In this document: one piece after another, positions 52,041-60,915 of the stretch
How the letters are laid out: each line of letters begins with the position of its first letter
Position numbering within the stretch: the stretch's first letter is position 1
DNA from: an uncultured Selenomonadaceae bacterium
Lineage (GTDB): Bacteria > Bacillota > Negativicutes > Selenomonadales > Selenomonadaceae
Direction: 5' to 3'
Assembly: GCA_905234395.1 (NCBI GenBank)
Contig: CAJOHG010000013.1
Coordinates: 5,253-69,252, forward strand
Length of the DNA: 64,000 nucleotides
Translations under genes and position numbers: made by a program
The notes under the pieces: generated by a model
Database searches by the model: none
Told to the model about the DNA's origin: nothing
Seen by the model: the letters and a program-made list of their open reading frames with translations, nothing else

Positions 52041-52553
52041 ATGCTGAACGAAATTAATTGGACGCAAGAATATTTGCCGGGCACAACCGACAACTTCGCC
52101 TCGAACGAAATTATCATCAAGGGCATCACCGCCGCTGAAGTCTTCGCCAATCTGATTGACACGTCGATTTGGCAGACTTACTACGATAACGTCGCGGACA
52201 TTCATTTTTATTCAGACGGTGCGCCGATTCTCAAAGCCGATACGCGTTTCAGATTCTCGACGTTTGGTTTTCCGATTGAAGCGCAAGTCGTTGAGTTTGA
52301 GCCGCCGCACGACGATAAGCCCGGACGTTTATCTTGGCACGGTTGGGCTGAAGGTGATGCCGATCATCGCCTTGACGTGATTCATGCGTGGCTGATTGAG
52401 GATTTGCCTTTCGAGCGCGTGCGAATTTTGACGCAGGAGTCGCAGAAAGGTAAGCCCGCAAAAGATTTGTTCAACACCAAGCCCGACATCATGAATCAAG
52501 GTCATCAAGACTGGATTAAAGGTCTGGCGCGCACTGTCCTTGCAAAAAAATGA
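52041..52553 (+). CDS. SRPBCC-superfamily protein
   Basis: The start MLNEINW follows GGAGTG. About 170 aa with an alpha/beta pattern. This is a weak family call. Confidence 0.5.
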   Translation: MLNEINWTQEYLPGTTDNFASNEIIIKGITAAEVFANLIDTSIWQTYYDNVADIHFYSDGAPILKADTRFRFSTFGFPIEAQVVEFEPPHDDKPGRLSWHGWAEGDADHRLDVIHAWLIEDLPFERVRILTQESQKGKPAKDLFNTKPDIMNQGHQDWIKGLARTVLAKK

Positions 52554-52873
52554 CGGCGGAAAAAAATTTTGATTGTCCGATCGACGCGGCGTTGAAATTC
52601 ATCGGCGGCAAATACAAACCGATTATTCTGTATCATCTCTTGCACCGCACCTTGAGATTCAGTCAGTTGCAAAAATTAATTCCGCGAGCCACGCAAAAAG
52701 TTTTGACGCAACAGCTTAGAGAATTGGAACGCGACGGAATCATTCACCGCGAAGTTTATCCTGTCGTGCCGCCGAAAACCGAATACTCAATCACGGAATT
52801 TGGCAAGACGCTCCGACCGATTATCGCCGCAATGTCCGAGTTCGGCAAACAATTTCTTCGTGAGAAAGGTTGA
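52550..52873 (+). CDS. HxlR-family transcriptional regulator
   Basis: 107 aa. Contains CPIDAALKFIGGKYKPIILYHL...RFSQLQKLIP.ATQKVLTQQLRELERDGIIHR. Confidence 0.88.
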   Translation: MTAEKNFDCPIDAALKFIGGKYKPIILYHLLHRTLRFSQLQKLIPRATQKVLTQQLRELERDGIIHREVYPVVPPKTEYSITEFGKTLRPIIAAMSEFGKQFLREKG

Positions 52874-52879
52874 ATTGCA

Positions 52880-53350
52880 ATGGCAAACGTTGGAAAAGAT
52901 TTGGCTCTCATCAGTGCCGGCACTTCCGAAAATTTCAACGCCATGACGATAATGTATGGCGCAGTCGGCATGCTTTGGAGCAAAGACGTTTATTTTGCCT
53001 TCGTGAAGCCCGAACGTTACACTTTCGACTTCATCAAGGCGAACGAATATTTCACGGTCTCTTATTTCCCGAAAGAGTTCAACAAGATTCACAAAGTCTT
53101 CGGCTTTAAGTCGGGCAGAGACACGGATAAAATCGCCGCGACGGGTATCACGCCCGAATTCTTCGATAACGCCGTCACTTTCAAAGAGGCTAATGAAATT
53201 TTCATCTGCAAAAAGATTTACTTCAAGCAGATGGACAAAAATTTTGAGCCTGCAGACGTTGTAGCAAAATATTCCGACCCGAAAGATATAATCTACGGCG
53301 AATCGCATTACGCGCTTATCGGCGAGATTGAAAAGCACATCGTCAGATGA
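52880..53350 (+). CDS. Flavin reductase-like domain protein
   Basis: 156 aa. Contains NAMTIMYGAVGMLW...FTVSYF...GFKSGRDTDKIAATG. Confidence 0.6.
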   Translation: MANVGKDLALISAGTSENFNAMTIMYGAVGMLWSKDVYFAFVKPERYTFDFIKANEYFTVSYFPKEFNKIHKVFGFKSGRDTDKIAATGITPEFFDNAVTFKEANEIFICKKIYFKQMDKNFEPADVVAKYSDPKDIIYGESHYALIGEIEKHIVR

Positions 53351-53387
53351 TTCACGAAAAATTTTTCGGACTTTGAACTGTCAACGG

Positions 53388-53420
53388 TCTCCTGTGATAA
53401 AATTGCGGGAGATTTTTTTT
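53388..53420 (+). terminator. Rho-independent terminator
   Basis: TCTCCTG...CGGGAGA followed by T8. Confidence 0.7.
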
Positions 53421-53468
53421 ATGTCGAAGTTGCGTTGAAAATTTTTAGTCGAAAGGAAATCAAACGTT

Positions 53469-53906
53469 ATGAAAAAAATTTTGCTCATCGTCGCCGCAAC
53501 AATGGCACTGTTCACGTTGACGAGTTCGCCGAAAATTTTTGTCGGCACGGAGAATTTAACAGTCGCAGTCGTCGACGCACGAGAAAATTTGCCGTTCACG
53601 ATAGAATTTATGCATTCGGTGCAGAAGACGCCCGTCATTGAGGAATTGACGTTTCACGCGGACGAATTTATTTTGCGTCGCACGAAATACAAATCGCAAG
53701 GCGTCGGACTGCCCTTTGACGCGTCGGACGGAAATTTTCATCGCGAAGGCGAATGGTTCATCATGGACGACATGAATCGCCCGATAAAAAATCTTGAGTT
53801 GCGCACGGGCAAAGGCACGCGTTTGAAAATCACGTTGGACGGTCGCGAATTCAAGCTCTACGAAAAATTTCCGCTCGGCACAAAAATTTTCGTCAGAACT
53901 TTTTGA
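53469..53906 (+). CDS. DUF1850-domain protein
   Basis: 145 aa with a signal/anchor segment. Contains FTIEFMHSVQKTPVIEELTF and KSQGVGLPFD. Confidence 0.6.
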   Translation: MKKILLIVAATMALFTLTSSPKIFVGTENLTVAVVDARENLPFTIEFMHSVQKTPVIEELTFHADEFILRRTKYKSQGVGLPFDASDGNFHREGEWFIMDDMNRPIKNLELRTGKGTRLKITLDGREFKLYEKFPLGTKIFVRTF

Positions 53907-53950
53907 CAGCGTTAAGAATTGCAATTTCGCCGCCGCTGTTATATCATGTT

Positions 53951-54032
53951 AAAGCTTTAAGCTGTAAGCTGTAAGCTTTAAGGAAAAAACCTAAAAGCTC
54001 AAAGCTCCAAGCTCAAAGCTCAAAGCTCAAGG
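53951..54032. repeat. Long imperfect hairpin of AAGCT-containing repeats
   Basis: AAAGCTTTAAGCTGTAAGCTGTAAGCTTTAAGG - AAAAAA - CCTAAAAGCTCAAAGCTCCAAGCTCAAAGCTCAAAGCTCAAGG. Confidence 0.75.
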
Positions 54033-54049
54033 TTGCGGAGTGATTTTCT

Positions 54050-54814
54050 TTGGTGTACCTTTTGAAATTCGGAGCGAGTTGGATTTTGCCGCCGGGAATT
54101 TTCATTTTGCTGATGCTTGCGCTGTGTGTCAAGCTCTTGAAATTCAGCAAGAAACTTTCGATAACGGTGCTCGTCGTCACGCTGATTTTCTATCTGCTGT
54201 GCACAAGTCTCGTTGCGGAAAGATTTATGGGTTGGCTTGAAGAAATGCATTCGCCGCCCGCGCAGGTCGAAACGTCCGGTGCCGATGTGATCGTCTTGCT
54301 CGGCGGCGGAGCAATAAGTCAAGTTCCCGACGTTGACGGCGTGGGAGCATTGTGTGCAAGTCCCGCGAATCGATTGTTGACGGCGGTCAGACTGCAAAAA
54401 CTTTTGAACGTGCCGATAATCGTAAGCGGCGGACAAGTTTACAGCGATTCGGGTGCGGAGGCAGAAATTTCCGCGAGAATTTTAAAAACGCTCGGCGTGC
54501 CCGAAGACAAAATCCTAACCGAAACGAAAAGCGTCAACACGTCGCAGAACGCCCGCTACACCGCCGCATTGATGCGCGAAAAAAATTTTAAGAAGCCGCT
54601 GCTCGTGACGAGTGCCTTTCACATGAACCGCGCCATGCTAAATTTCAGCCTGCACCGATTCAAGCCGATAGCCTACCCGACCGATTTCACCGTGGCGCAC
54701 AATTCGACTTTCCACTACACGAAACTGCGCCCGCAAGCCGAAGCTCTCTTGCTCAACGTGACGGTCATGCAGGAACTTTTGCGCACTTGTGTCACGGAAA
54801 TTTTCGGCGTATGA
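54050..54814 (+). CDS. YdcF/ElyC (DUF218) family protein
   Basis: 254 aa. Has N-terminal TM segments, then VIVLLGGG, SQNARYT and LVTSAFHMNRA. Confidence 0.75.
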   Translation: MVYLLKFGASWILPPGIFILLMLALCVKLLKFSKKLSITVLVVTLIFYLLCTSLVAERFMGWLEEMHSPPAQVETSGADVIVLLGGGAISQVPDVDGVGALCASPANRLLTAVRLQKLLNVPIIVSGGQVYSDSGAEAEISARILKTLGVPEDKILTETKSVNTSQNARYTAALMREKNFKKPLLVTSAFHMNRAMLNFSLHRFKPIAYPTDFTVAHNSTFHYTKLRPQAEALLLNVTVMQELLRTCVTEIFGV

Positions 54815-54823
54815 GGTGACAAC

Positions 54824-55195
54824 ATGAAAAAATTTTTGCTGATATTGTCGACGATAATTTTGTTGAGCAGTTCAATCTGCGCAGCTGAAGATTTGAGATT
54901 CATCGACGCGCTTGACGACACCGGCTATTACTACGACGCCGAAAGCGTTCAAACTGAAAGTGACGGCGTTATCAAAGTACAAATGGCGGTCATCAAAGCG
55001 AGTCTCAATCGCATGTACACCTACGACGTGCGAATCACTCATACGGAAAAAACTTACGAGATTTTGTCGTCGAAGATTCTTTCCTACGACACGCGCGCCG
55101 TGATTGAAATTAACGATAATCGACGTTCACCGCGAGGATATTCCGACCGTTCAGAGATGGGACAAATGGTCAGTCTGATTCTTTACGGCAGATGA
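54824..55195 (+). CDS. Exported hypothetical protein
   Basis: 123 aa with signal peptide ...SSSICA/AED. Confidence 0.55.
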   Translation: MKKFLLILSTIILLSSSICAAEDLRFIDALDDTGYYYDAESVQTESDGVIKVQMAVIKASLNRMYTYDVRITHTEKTYEILSSKILSYDTRAVIEINDNRRSPRGYSDRSEMGQMVSLILYGR

Positions 55196-55204
55196 TTGAA
55201 TCTT

Positions 55205-55234
55205 GTTGACAAAAAATTTCCCGCGTGTTAAACT
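55205..55234 (+). promoter_or_regulatory. ssrA promoter
   Basis: TTGACA-N18-TAAACT, about 20 nt upstream of the mature 5' end. Confidence 0.6.
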
Positions 55235-55253
55235 GCGTCAACTTGTATGCAAA

Positions 55254-55602
55254 GGGGATGTAATGGTTTCGACGGGAATGGATGAAGTTTGATAAGCGAG
55301 TGCCGGGCTCCTCGAACCGGCTCAACAAGGGGAAACTCAAACAATAACTGCGGATAACGATTTCGCACTGGCGGCTTAAACGCCACGTCGCCTGATTGAT
55401 TCTTCCCGTCAGATCAGAGTCGACGCCAATAACGGGATACCGCACTTGAGAGCACTGCAGAGTTGCGGGAACTTCCAAAGTGCTTGACGTTGCAAAGGTT
55501 GTCATTGAACTTTGCGCCGTTGAAATTGATCAATGACTGCACTCGGAGAAAATCTTGCGGCATCATTTTCGGACAGGAGTTCGATTCTCCTCATCTCCAT
55601 CA
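55254..55602 (+). ncRNA. ssrA: tmRNA (SsrA)
   Basis: The 5' end is GGGGATGTAATGGTTTCGACGGG and the 3' end is GGACAGGAGTTCGATTCTCCTCATCTCCA. The acceptor stem GGGGATG/CATCTCC contains a G3-U pair. The tag ORF GCG GAT AAC GAT TTC GCA CTG GCG GCT TAA (55350-55379) encodes ADNDFALAA. Confidence 0.93.
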
Positions 55603-55606
55603 ATAA

Positions 55607-55640
55607 AACAGCCCGTCGGCTTAAGCCTTCGGGTTGTTTT
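55607..55640 (+). terminator. ssrA terminator
   Basis: AACAGCCCG...CGGGTTGTT followed by a T-run. Confidence 0.7.
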
Positions 55641-55669
55641 GATTTCTGACGCAATAATTTTGATTTTAT

Positions 55670-56299
55670 TCATTGTGACATTTGATAGCTTAATGCGCTC
55701 AAGCCGATTGATAAGTCCTCGTTAAAAAGCGATACTTCGGGCGGCACGGAAAGTTTTATCGGCGCGAAATTCCAAATGCCTTTGACGCCCGCCGCCACAA
55801 GCAAATCAGCCACATCTTGAGCTTCACCGGCCGGCACGGTAATGACACCAATATCAACAGCCGCTTCCGCAATAACCGCGTTCATTTCAATTACATTGTT
55901 GACTTTGATGCCGTTAATCGCGCTGCCAATGACCGAACTGTTCTTGTCGAAGAGAGCCACGACTGAAAAGCCCAGCGACGAAAAGTTTGTATAGTTGGCA
56001 AGTGCGCCGCCCAAATGACCTACGCCGACGATAGCCAGCCGCCAATGATTCTGCAGACCCAAGATATTGCCGATTTGTTCTTTTAACTCGTGCACGTCGT
56101 AACCTATGCCCTTCTTGCCGAATTGTCCGAACGTCGCCAAATCCTTGCGTATTTGTTCGGGCGTGATGTCGAGTTTGCGTCCCAGTTCGTCCGAAGAAAT
56201 GATCTTATTTTCCTCGCTCTCCATAAGACGCAGTGTTCGGAAATACAGCGGCAATCGGTCAATCGTTGCTTGCGAAATTGTTTTCTTCAAATGTGTCAC
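55670..56299 (-). CDS. rex: Redox-sensing transcriptional repressor Rex
   Basis: 209 aa. Contains IDRLPLYFRTL..., SSDELG, IRKDLATFGQFGKKGIGY and the Rossmann segment VGVGHLGGAL. Confidence 0.9.
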   Translation of the reverse strand: MTHLKKTISQATIDRLPLYFRTLRLMESEENKIISSDELGRKLDITPEQIRKDLATFGQFGKKGIGYDVHELKEQIGNILGLQNHWRLAIVGVGHLGGALANYTNFSSLGFSVVALFDKNSSVIGSAINGIKVNNVIEMNAVIAEAAVDIGVITVPAGEAQDVADLLVAAGVKGIWNFAPIKLSVPPEVSLFNEDLSIGLSALSYQMSQ

Positions 56300-57936
56300 C
56301 TCCCGGTCTCAATCGTCGCGCTCAATGCGCCCAGTTGCCACATAAGCATTGAACTGGGAATGTTGAACAGCAAATCGTCCGTGAAGCCGTTTAAAGCCAT
56401 CGACAGAAATGCAAGCCCAATTCCCAATCTGAAGCCTTCCAAAAATTTTTTATCGTCGAGTTTCGTCACGTCGCTGAAGTCAACAATAGGTTTGTCAACG
56501 TCCGAATTATCTGCCGTGTCGAGAGGCGTGTCAAGCTTGACGATTTTGGCGGAAATTTTTTCGCCGCCTACAGAAATTTTTTCAACCGAGGCAATGTTTT
56601 CGTCGTCCGAATTTGATTGATGACTTCTGCCGCGTCGACTGCTCAATTTCAATTCGTCGTGGTGAACAAGCTCAACGTCCGAACGGCGAACTTTCTTGAC
56701 TTTGACGGGCGGCGAATTTTTTTTGCTGAAAAGATTTATGACCGCGTCGGAAAAGGCGGCAAGTTTGTCGTTAATCACCTGCGCAAGTTCAGATAAGTAT
56801 TGCAGGAAAGAATTGCTCTCGAAAATTTTTTTAACGCGCACCGTGAAAGAATCGTCGCCTTCCGAGCTGAAACTCACGCCGAACGACATAAACATTGTCC
56901 CGAAAAAATACCAGAAAAATGCCAGCGCACCGACAATGCCGATTTCTGCCGCGTAGTTGAGATAAATGTTGTGCGCGTGATAGATGATGATGTTCGGGTC
57001 GGCGACGTAGTAATTGTATTGCGGATAGACGAATTGATAAGCACCCCAACCGATTCCGGCGAACGGATGATCGCTTATCATTGCGACTGTGCTGACCCAA
57101 ATTCCTACGCGCACGCCCTCGGAAGTGTCGCCCATCGTGAATGCCGATAAAATTCTGTCGATAAAAGTTGCGTCGTTGTAAGCGATTAATCCCGTGACCG
57201 CCGCGAACAAAATCAGCACGTGCCAATCTTTCAGCACGCCGAAAATCGCAAAGACAATCGCTATCGACAGGAACGCGCCGCGCGAATAAGTCATTGCCAA
57301 ACATGCCGCGAACATCACAATCGCGCCGATTAGAACAATTCTTTGCGAGCGACGTTCGACTTTTGCGAGCAGACCTAACGCCAGGCAGATGAACACGTCC
57401 AAATATCCCGCGAGCACGTTTGGATTTTCCAGCGTCGAGAAAATTCTTTTGCGCAATTCGGGAAAGGCATCGGGATCTGTCCATTTCACGTCCGCCGCGT
57501 CCACGCCGAAGATAAATTGGAAAAATCCCCACAGCACGACTAAAATTGCCGACGCGCCGAGAGCTTGAGCGACTTGCCGAATCTGCGCGGGCGTGTGAAT
57601 CGTTTGACCGACGATTAGATACGTTAAGCCGTAAACTCCGACGAGTGAGCAATAATTGTAAATCAGCTCAAGACTTCGCGCGGACGACAGAAAGACGCTT
57701 GCCGCACCGATTAGCAGGAAAATCGCGACGGGCACATCAAACGGCAGGCTCCGCATTTTGTATTTGTTGTCGATTCGACTGCGAAGGAACCACGTCATCA
57801 CGCCGAAGACGACCGCTGCAGCAGCGATTGTCGGACTGAGCGCGAGAAAAAATGCCTCCGTCAAAATGGCGTAGAGTGTCCATTGCTCAAGATTTTTGAT
57901 ACGCTGTCTTCGGGCGAAAACGCTGATCCTGTCCAC
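56296..57936 (-). CDS. O-antigen ligase (Wzy_C) family membrane protein with a C-terminal extension
   Basis: 546 aa, polytopic. Contains YSRGAFLSIAI and HAHNIYLNYAAEIG. Confidence 0.8.
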   Translation of the reverse strand: MDRISVFARRQRIKNLEQWTLYAILTEAFFLALSPTIAAAAVVFGVMTWFLRSRIDNKYKMRSLPFDVPVAIFLLIGAASVFLSSARSLELIYNYCSLVGVYGLTYLIVGQTIHTPAQIRQVAQALGASAILVVLWGFFQFIFGVDAADVKWTDPDAFPELRKRIFSTLENPNVLAGYLDVFICLALGLLAKVERRSQRIVLIGAIVMFAACLAMTYSRGAFLSIAIVFAIFGVLKDWHVLILFAAVTGLIAYNDATFIDRILSAFTMGDTSEGVRVGIWVSTVAMISDHPFAGIGWGAYQFVYPQYNYYVADPNIIIYHAHNIYLNYAAEIGIVGALAFFWYFFGTMFMSFGVSFSSEGDDSFTVRVKKIFESNSFLQYLSELAQVINDKLAAFSDAVINLFSKKNSPPVKVKKVRRSDVELVHHDELKLSSRRGRSHQSNSDDENIASVEKISVGGEKISAKIVKLDTPLDTADNSDVDKPIVDFSDVTKLDDKKFLEGFRLGIGLAFLSMALNGFTDDLLFNIPSSMLMWQLGALSATIETGR

Positions 57937-57969
57937 TTAACAATTCCTCATTCCAAATTTTCGCGTGTC

Positions 57970-59664
57970 TTAATCCGGGATAATTATTTCCGCGCCGTCT
58001 TGCGAATCTGTTCTGTCGATAAGAGATTGCTCCGAATCTTTCGGGAAACGTGCGCGGAATTTGGCGATCTCCTCGCGGAATTGCGGAATGTATTTACCGA
58101 TTCGCGCCGCCGCCTCCTTAGTCAATTCGGGCAAACGTGCAAGCAATTCGCGATACCAATCCAATCGCTCCTCGTAATGCTGACTCATCAGCCTTTCAAA
58201 GCGCACGTAGTCATAAGCTTTTTCCGCAACCATGCGCCGCAAATTTTTATTCTTAATCAGCAGATTGAGCTTGTTTGTAAATTCGCGCTCGTCCCGGTAA
58301 ATGAAACCGGTTTTGCCCTCGTCGATTGAGTTTGCATAGACGACCGGCGACGCTAAAACAACCGTACCATTGCCAGCGCATTCGATGAACTTCAAGTCGG
58401 ATTTTGAGCGATTGAATTCATTATCGCGCAACGGCAAAATCGCAATGTCCGAATCGCGAATTGCCGCCTCGTATTCGTCGTAGGAAACGAATTGCCCTTC
58501 GTATTTGCGCATGTCGCCGATAAAAGTTTTGTTGTCTGATTCGAGCGCGTCGAAAAGATTTTTGCGCGACAAAATTTTGAACGCGAGCTTGTTGCCGTAT
58601 TGCTTGGCGAGTTTGTTGAGCATCGGCAAAATTTCTATAAAGTCACCGTCACGATTGAGCGCGCCGAAAAAAATCGTCGTAGTCTTTTTCTTTTTGAATT
58701 CGGCATCAAAATCGCGCGGAGGCGGCAGTCGTCGCAACTGATTGGCAAAAACTGTCACGTGCGGATTGAATTGGCTGAGGAAGTCCGCAAGATAAGGCGT
58801 CGACGTTTGAATGGCGTGCACTGCCCGGAAATTTATCCACGCGGTTTTTTCGTATTCGCTTTCCCACAGCACGGGATGATCGTCCATTTCCGAAATAAAA
58901 AGTATTTCTTTTTCGCGCAGCACGTTGAAAAAATCCAAGCCGACTGCAAACGACGGGAAACACATTCGCTGATTGATGAAGATTCGCTGATCGAATTGCT
59001 CCTGCTCAAAAAGTTTGTATGGCTTGCCGACGGGCGACGACACGATAAAAACATTTTGCTCCGTCATGAAGAAGGAATTCGGTATGTGCACACGAGTCGG
59101 TGCGCAAACTGTTCCTTCGCCGATTAGCGTTTGAATCAGAGTTTTTTTTGGCGGAACGTTTTTGCACGCAGTGAAGATGTACACGAAGACAGCCATATCC
59201 GTTTGCAAAAGGTCAGCGAGTTGACGTTTGACTTTGACGCCGCGACCGGCATTGAGTGAGCGCAAAACGTTCAAGCCTGCCTCTTCAATCGCCTCTTGCA
59301 ATTCATCGCGCGTGATTGTGACTCTGAATTTCGGCGGCTTGCCTTCCATCAATGCTGCGATGTTATCCGCGTGACCGATGTTGTCGAGCGTGAAAATCAG
59401 CGTGCCGTTGTCTTTTATGTGTTTGGCGACTTTCTTTAGGAGCGGAACGAGTTTTTTTTGTGACAGCGTGCCGACGAACGGACTTTGAATCAAAATCGCG
59501 TCGAAAGTGCCCGTGACCTTGTTCAAGTCTTCGGCGACGGTGTAAGAGCATTCGGGCTGTATCTCTAAAAATTTTTCTTCCGTCGTTTCAAAATCCGGCG
59601 GCGCGTCTCCGATTAGTTCAAGGACAAATTTCGCCCGCGCAGGAATAAAAGTTTCAAAAGTCAT
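57970..59664 (-). CDS. Two-domain protein: N-terminal methyltransferase-like domain plus C-terminal GT1-fold glycosyltransferase
   Basis: 564 aa. Contains FDAILIQSP...IKDNGTLIFTLDN, then FIECAGNGTVVLASPVVYANSIDEGKTGFIY. Confidence 0.6.
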   Translation of the reverse strand: MTFETFIPARAKFVLELIGDAPPDFETTEEKFLEIQPECSYTVAEDLNKVTGTFDAILIQSPFVGTLSQKKLVPLLKKVAKHIKDNGTLIFTLDNIGHADNIAALMEGKPPKFRVTITRDELQEAIEEAGLNVLRSLNAGRGVKVKRQLADLLQTDMAVFVYIFTACKNVPPKKTLIQTLIGEGTVCAPTRVHIPNSFFMTEQNVFIVSSPVGKPYKLFEQEQFDQRIFINQRMCFPSFAVGLDFFNVLREKEILFISEMDDHPVLWESEYEKTAWINFRAVHAIQTSTPYLADFLSQFNPHVTVFANQLRRLPPPRDFDAEFKKKKTTTIFFGALNRDGDFIEILPMLNKLAKQYGNKLAFKILSRKNLFDALESDNKTFIGDMRKYEGQFVSYDEYEAAIRDSDIAILPLRDNEFNRSKSDLKFIECAGNGTVVLASPVVYANSIDEGKTGFIYRDEREFTNKLNLLIKNKNLRRMVAEKAYDYVRFERLMSQHYEERLDWYRELLARLPELTKEAAARIGKYIPQFREEIAKFRARFPKDSEQSLIDRTDSQDGAEIIIPD

Positions 59665-59679
59665 CGCGGTGACCTCGCT

Positions 59680-60915
59680 TTAACGAACCATGCGGTACAT
59701 CAAATCTTCTTGCGCCTTCATGCATTTCATCAGCTCAAATCGTTCCAAAATCGTTTCGCGAGCCGCCGCGCCGAGTTTCCGTGCACGTTCGGGATCGTCG
59801 AGTTGCTCTTCAATCTTTCGCGCAATGTGATAAGGTGAGCGGAACTCTGCAAGCAAACCGTTGACGCCGTCTTCCATGACTTCTTGCACAGGCGGAGTTT
59901 TTGAGCCGACCATCGGACAAGCAAAACTCATTGCCTCAAGACACGACCAACTTAAAACGAATGGACGCGTCAAATAAACGTGACAGCTTGACGCACGCAA
60001 AATTTTCTGATAGTCGCCGCGATTTCTCAAGCCGACGAAATGCACACGGTCTGTTGGGTAGCCGCCCTTCTTCTCTTCTTCCTTAAGATAAGTCGTGTCC
60101 TTGAGTTGCGCGCCGTAACAGATTCTGTCCTTGCCGACAACAACAACATGAGTATTCGGGCGACGAGCCAACACGTGGCGAATCGCGTCCATGAAATACG
60201 GGAAGCCGCGATAAATTTCAAAGCCGCGAGCAACGTAAGTGATAATTTCTGTGCCTTCGGGCAGGTTAAGTTGAACGTCGTCAAGCACAAGTCCGGGACG
60301 TTTGCCGCTGGGATCGGGCGAACAAAATCTCGTGTCGATGCCCTCGTGAATGATGTTGAGCTTAGGCTTGTACTCTTCCGGGAATTGCGAATACTGCCAC
60401 TTAGTCGGACAAATTCCGGCGTCACACAGCTGCAAATTCATCAAGTGATGAGCGTTGCGCGTGCGAATGGAAATGCGGTTGCCGACTTGCGGAATTTCAT
60501 CGGGCCACCAATAACAATCGCTGTCCTCAACGAGATAATACCACTCGAAATAGCCGATAATCGGAACGTTCGGATACATGTCCTTACAATAGAGCGTCGA
60601 TCCCCAACCTGTGTGACCGATAATCACGTCGGGCTTGACGTTCTTTTCTTTGGCGAGCCAATCCATTGCGCGAAGAACAGATTGCCCTTCAACGACAGCC
60701 TCTGCCGCCGGACGCAACGGGCCGCAAGTTTTAATCCACTCGTCGGATTTTTCATTCGGCTTTGGATAAAGTGCAAGCGTCACGCCTTTGAGTTGCGCGT
60801 TGATAGAATTTTCCTTCGACAGGAAGTAAACGTTGTTTTCGGGATTGCTTGCCAGATACGGCGCGATATTGAGATACTGCGCGGGAAACGACGGGTGCAG
60901 AATAAAAATATTCAC
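59680..60915 (-). CDS. GT4-family (GT1-fold) glycosyltransferase
   Basis: 411 aa. Contains SWSCLEAMSFACPMVGSKTPPVQEVMEDGVNGLL. The GTG start overlaps the res stop (GTGA). Confidence 0.8.
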   Translation of the reverse strand: MNIFILHPSFPAQYLNIAPYLASNPENNVYFLSKENSINAQLKGVTLALYPKPNEKSDEWIKTCGPLRPAAEAVVEGQSVLRAMDWLAKEKNVKPDVIIGHTGWGSTLYCKDMYPNVPIIGYFEWYYLVEDSDCYWWPDEIPQVGNRISIRTRNAHHLMNLQLCDAGICPTKWQYSQFPEEYKPKLNIIHEGIDTRFCSPDPSGKRPGLVLDDVQLNLPEGTEIITYVARGFEIYRGFPYFMDAIRHVLARRPNTHVVVVGKDRICYGAQLKDTTYLKEEEKKGGYPTDRVHFVGLRNRGDYQKILRASSCHVYLTRPFVLSWSCLEAMSFACPMVGSKTPPVQEVMEDGVNGLLAEFRSPYHIARKIEEQLDDPERARKLGAAARETILERFELMKCMKAQEDLMYRMVR

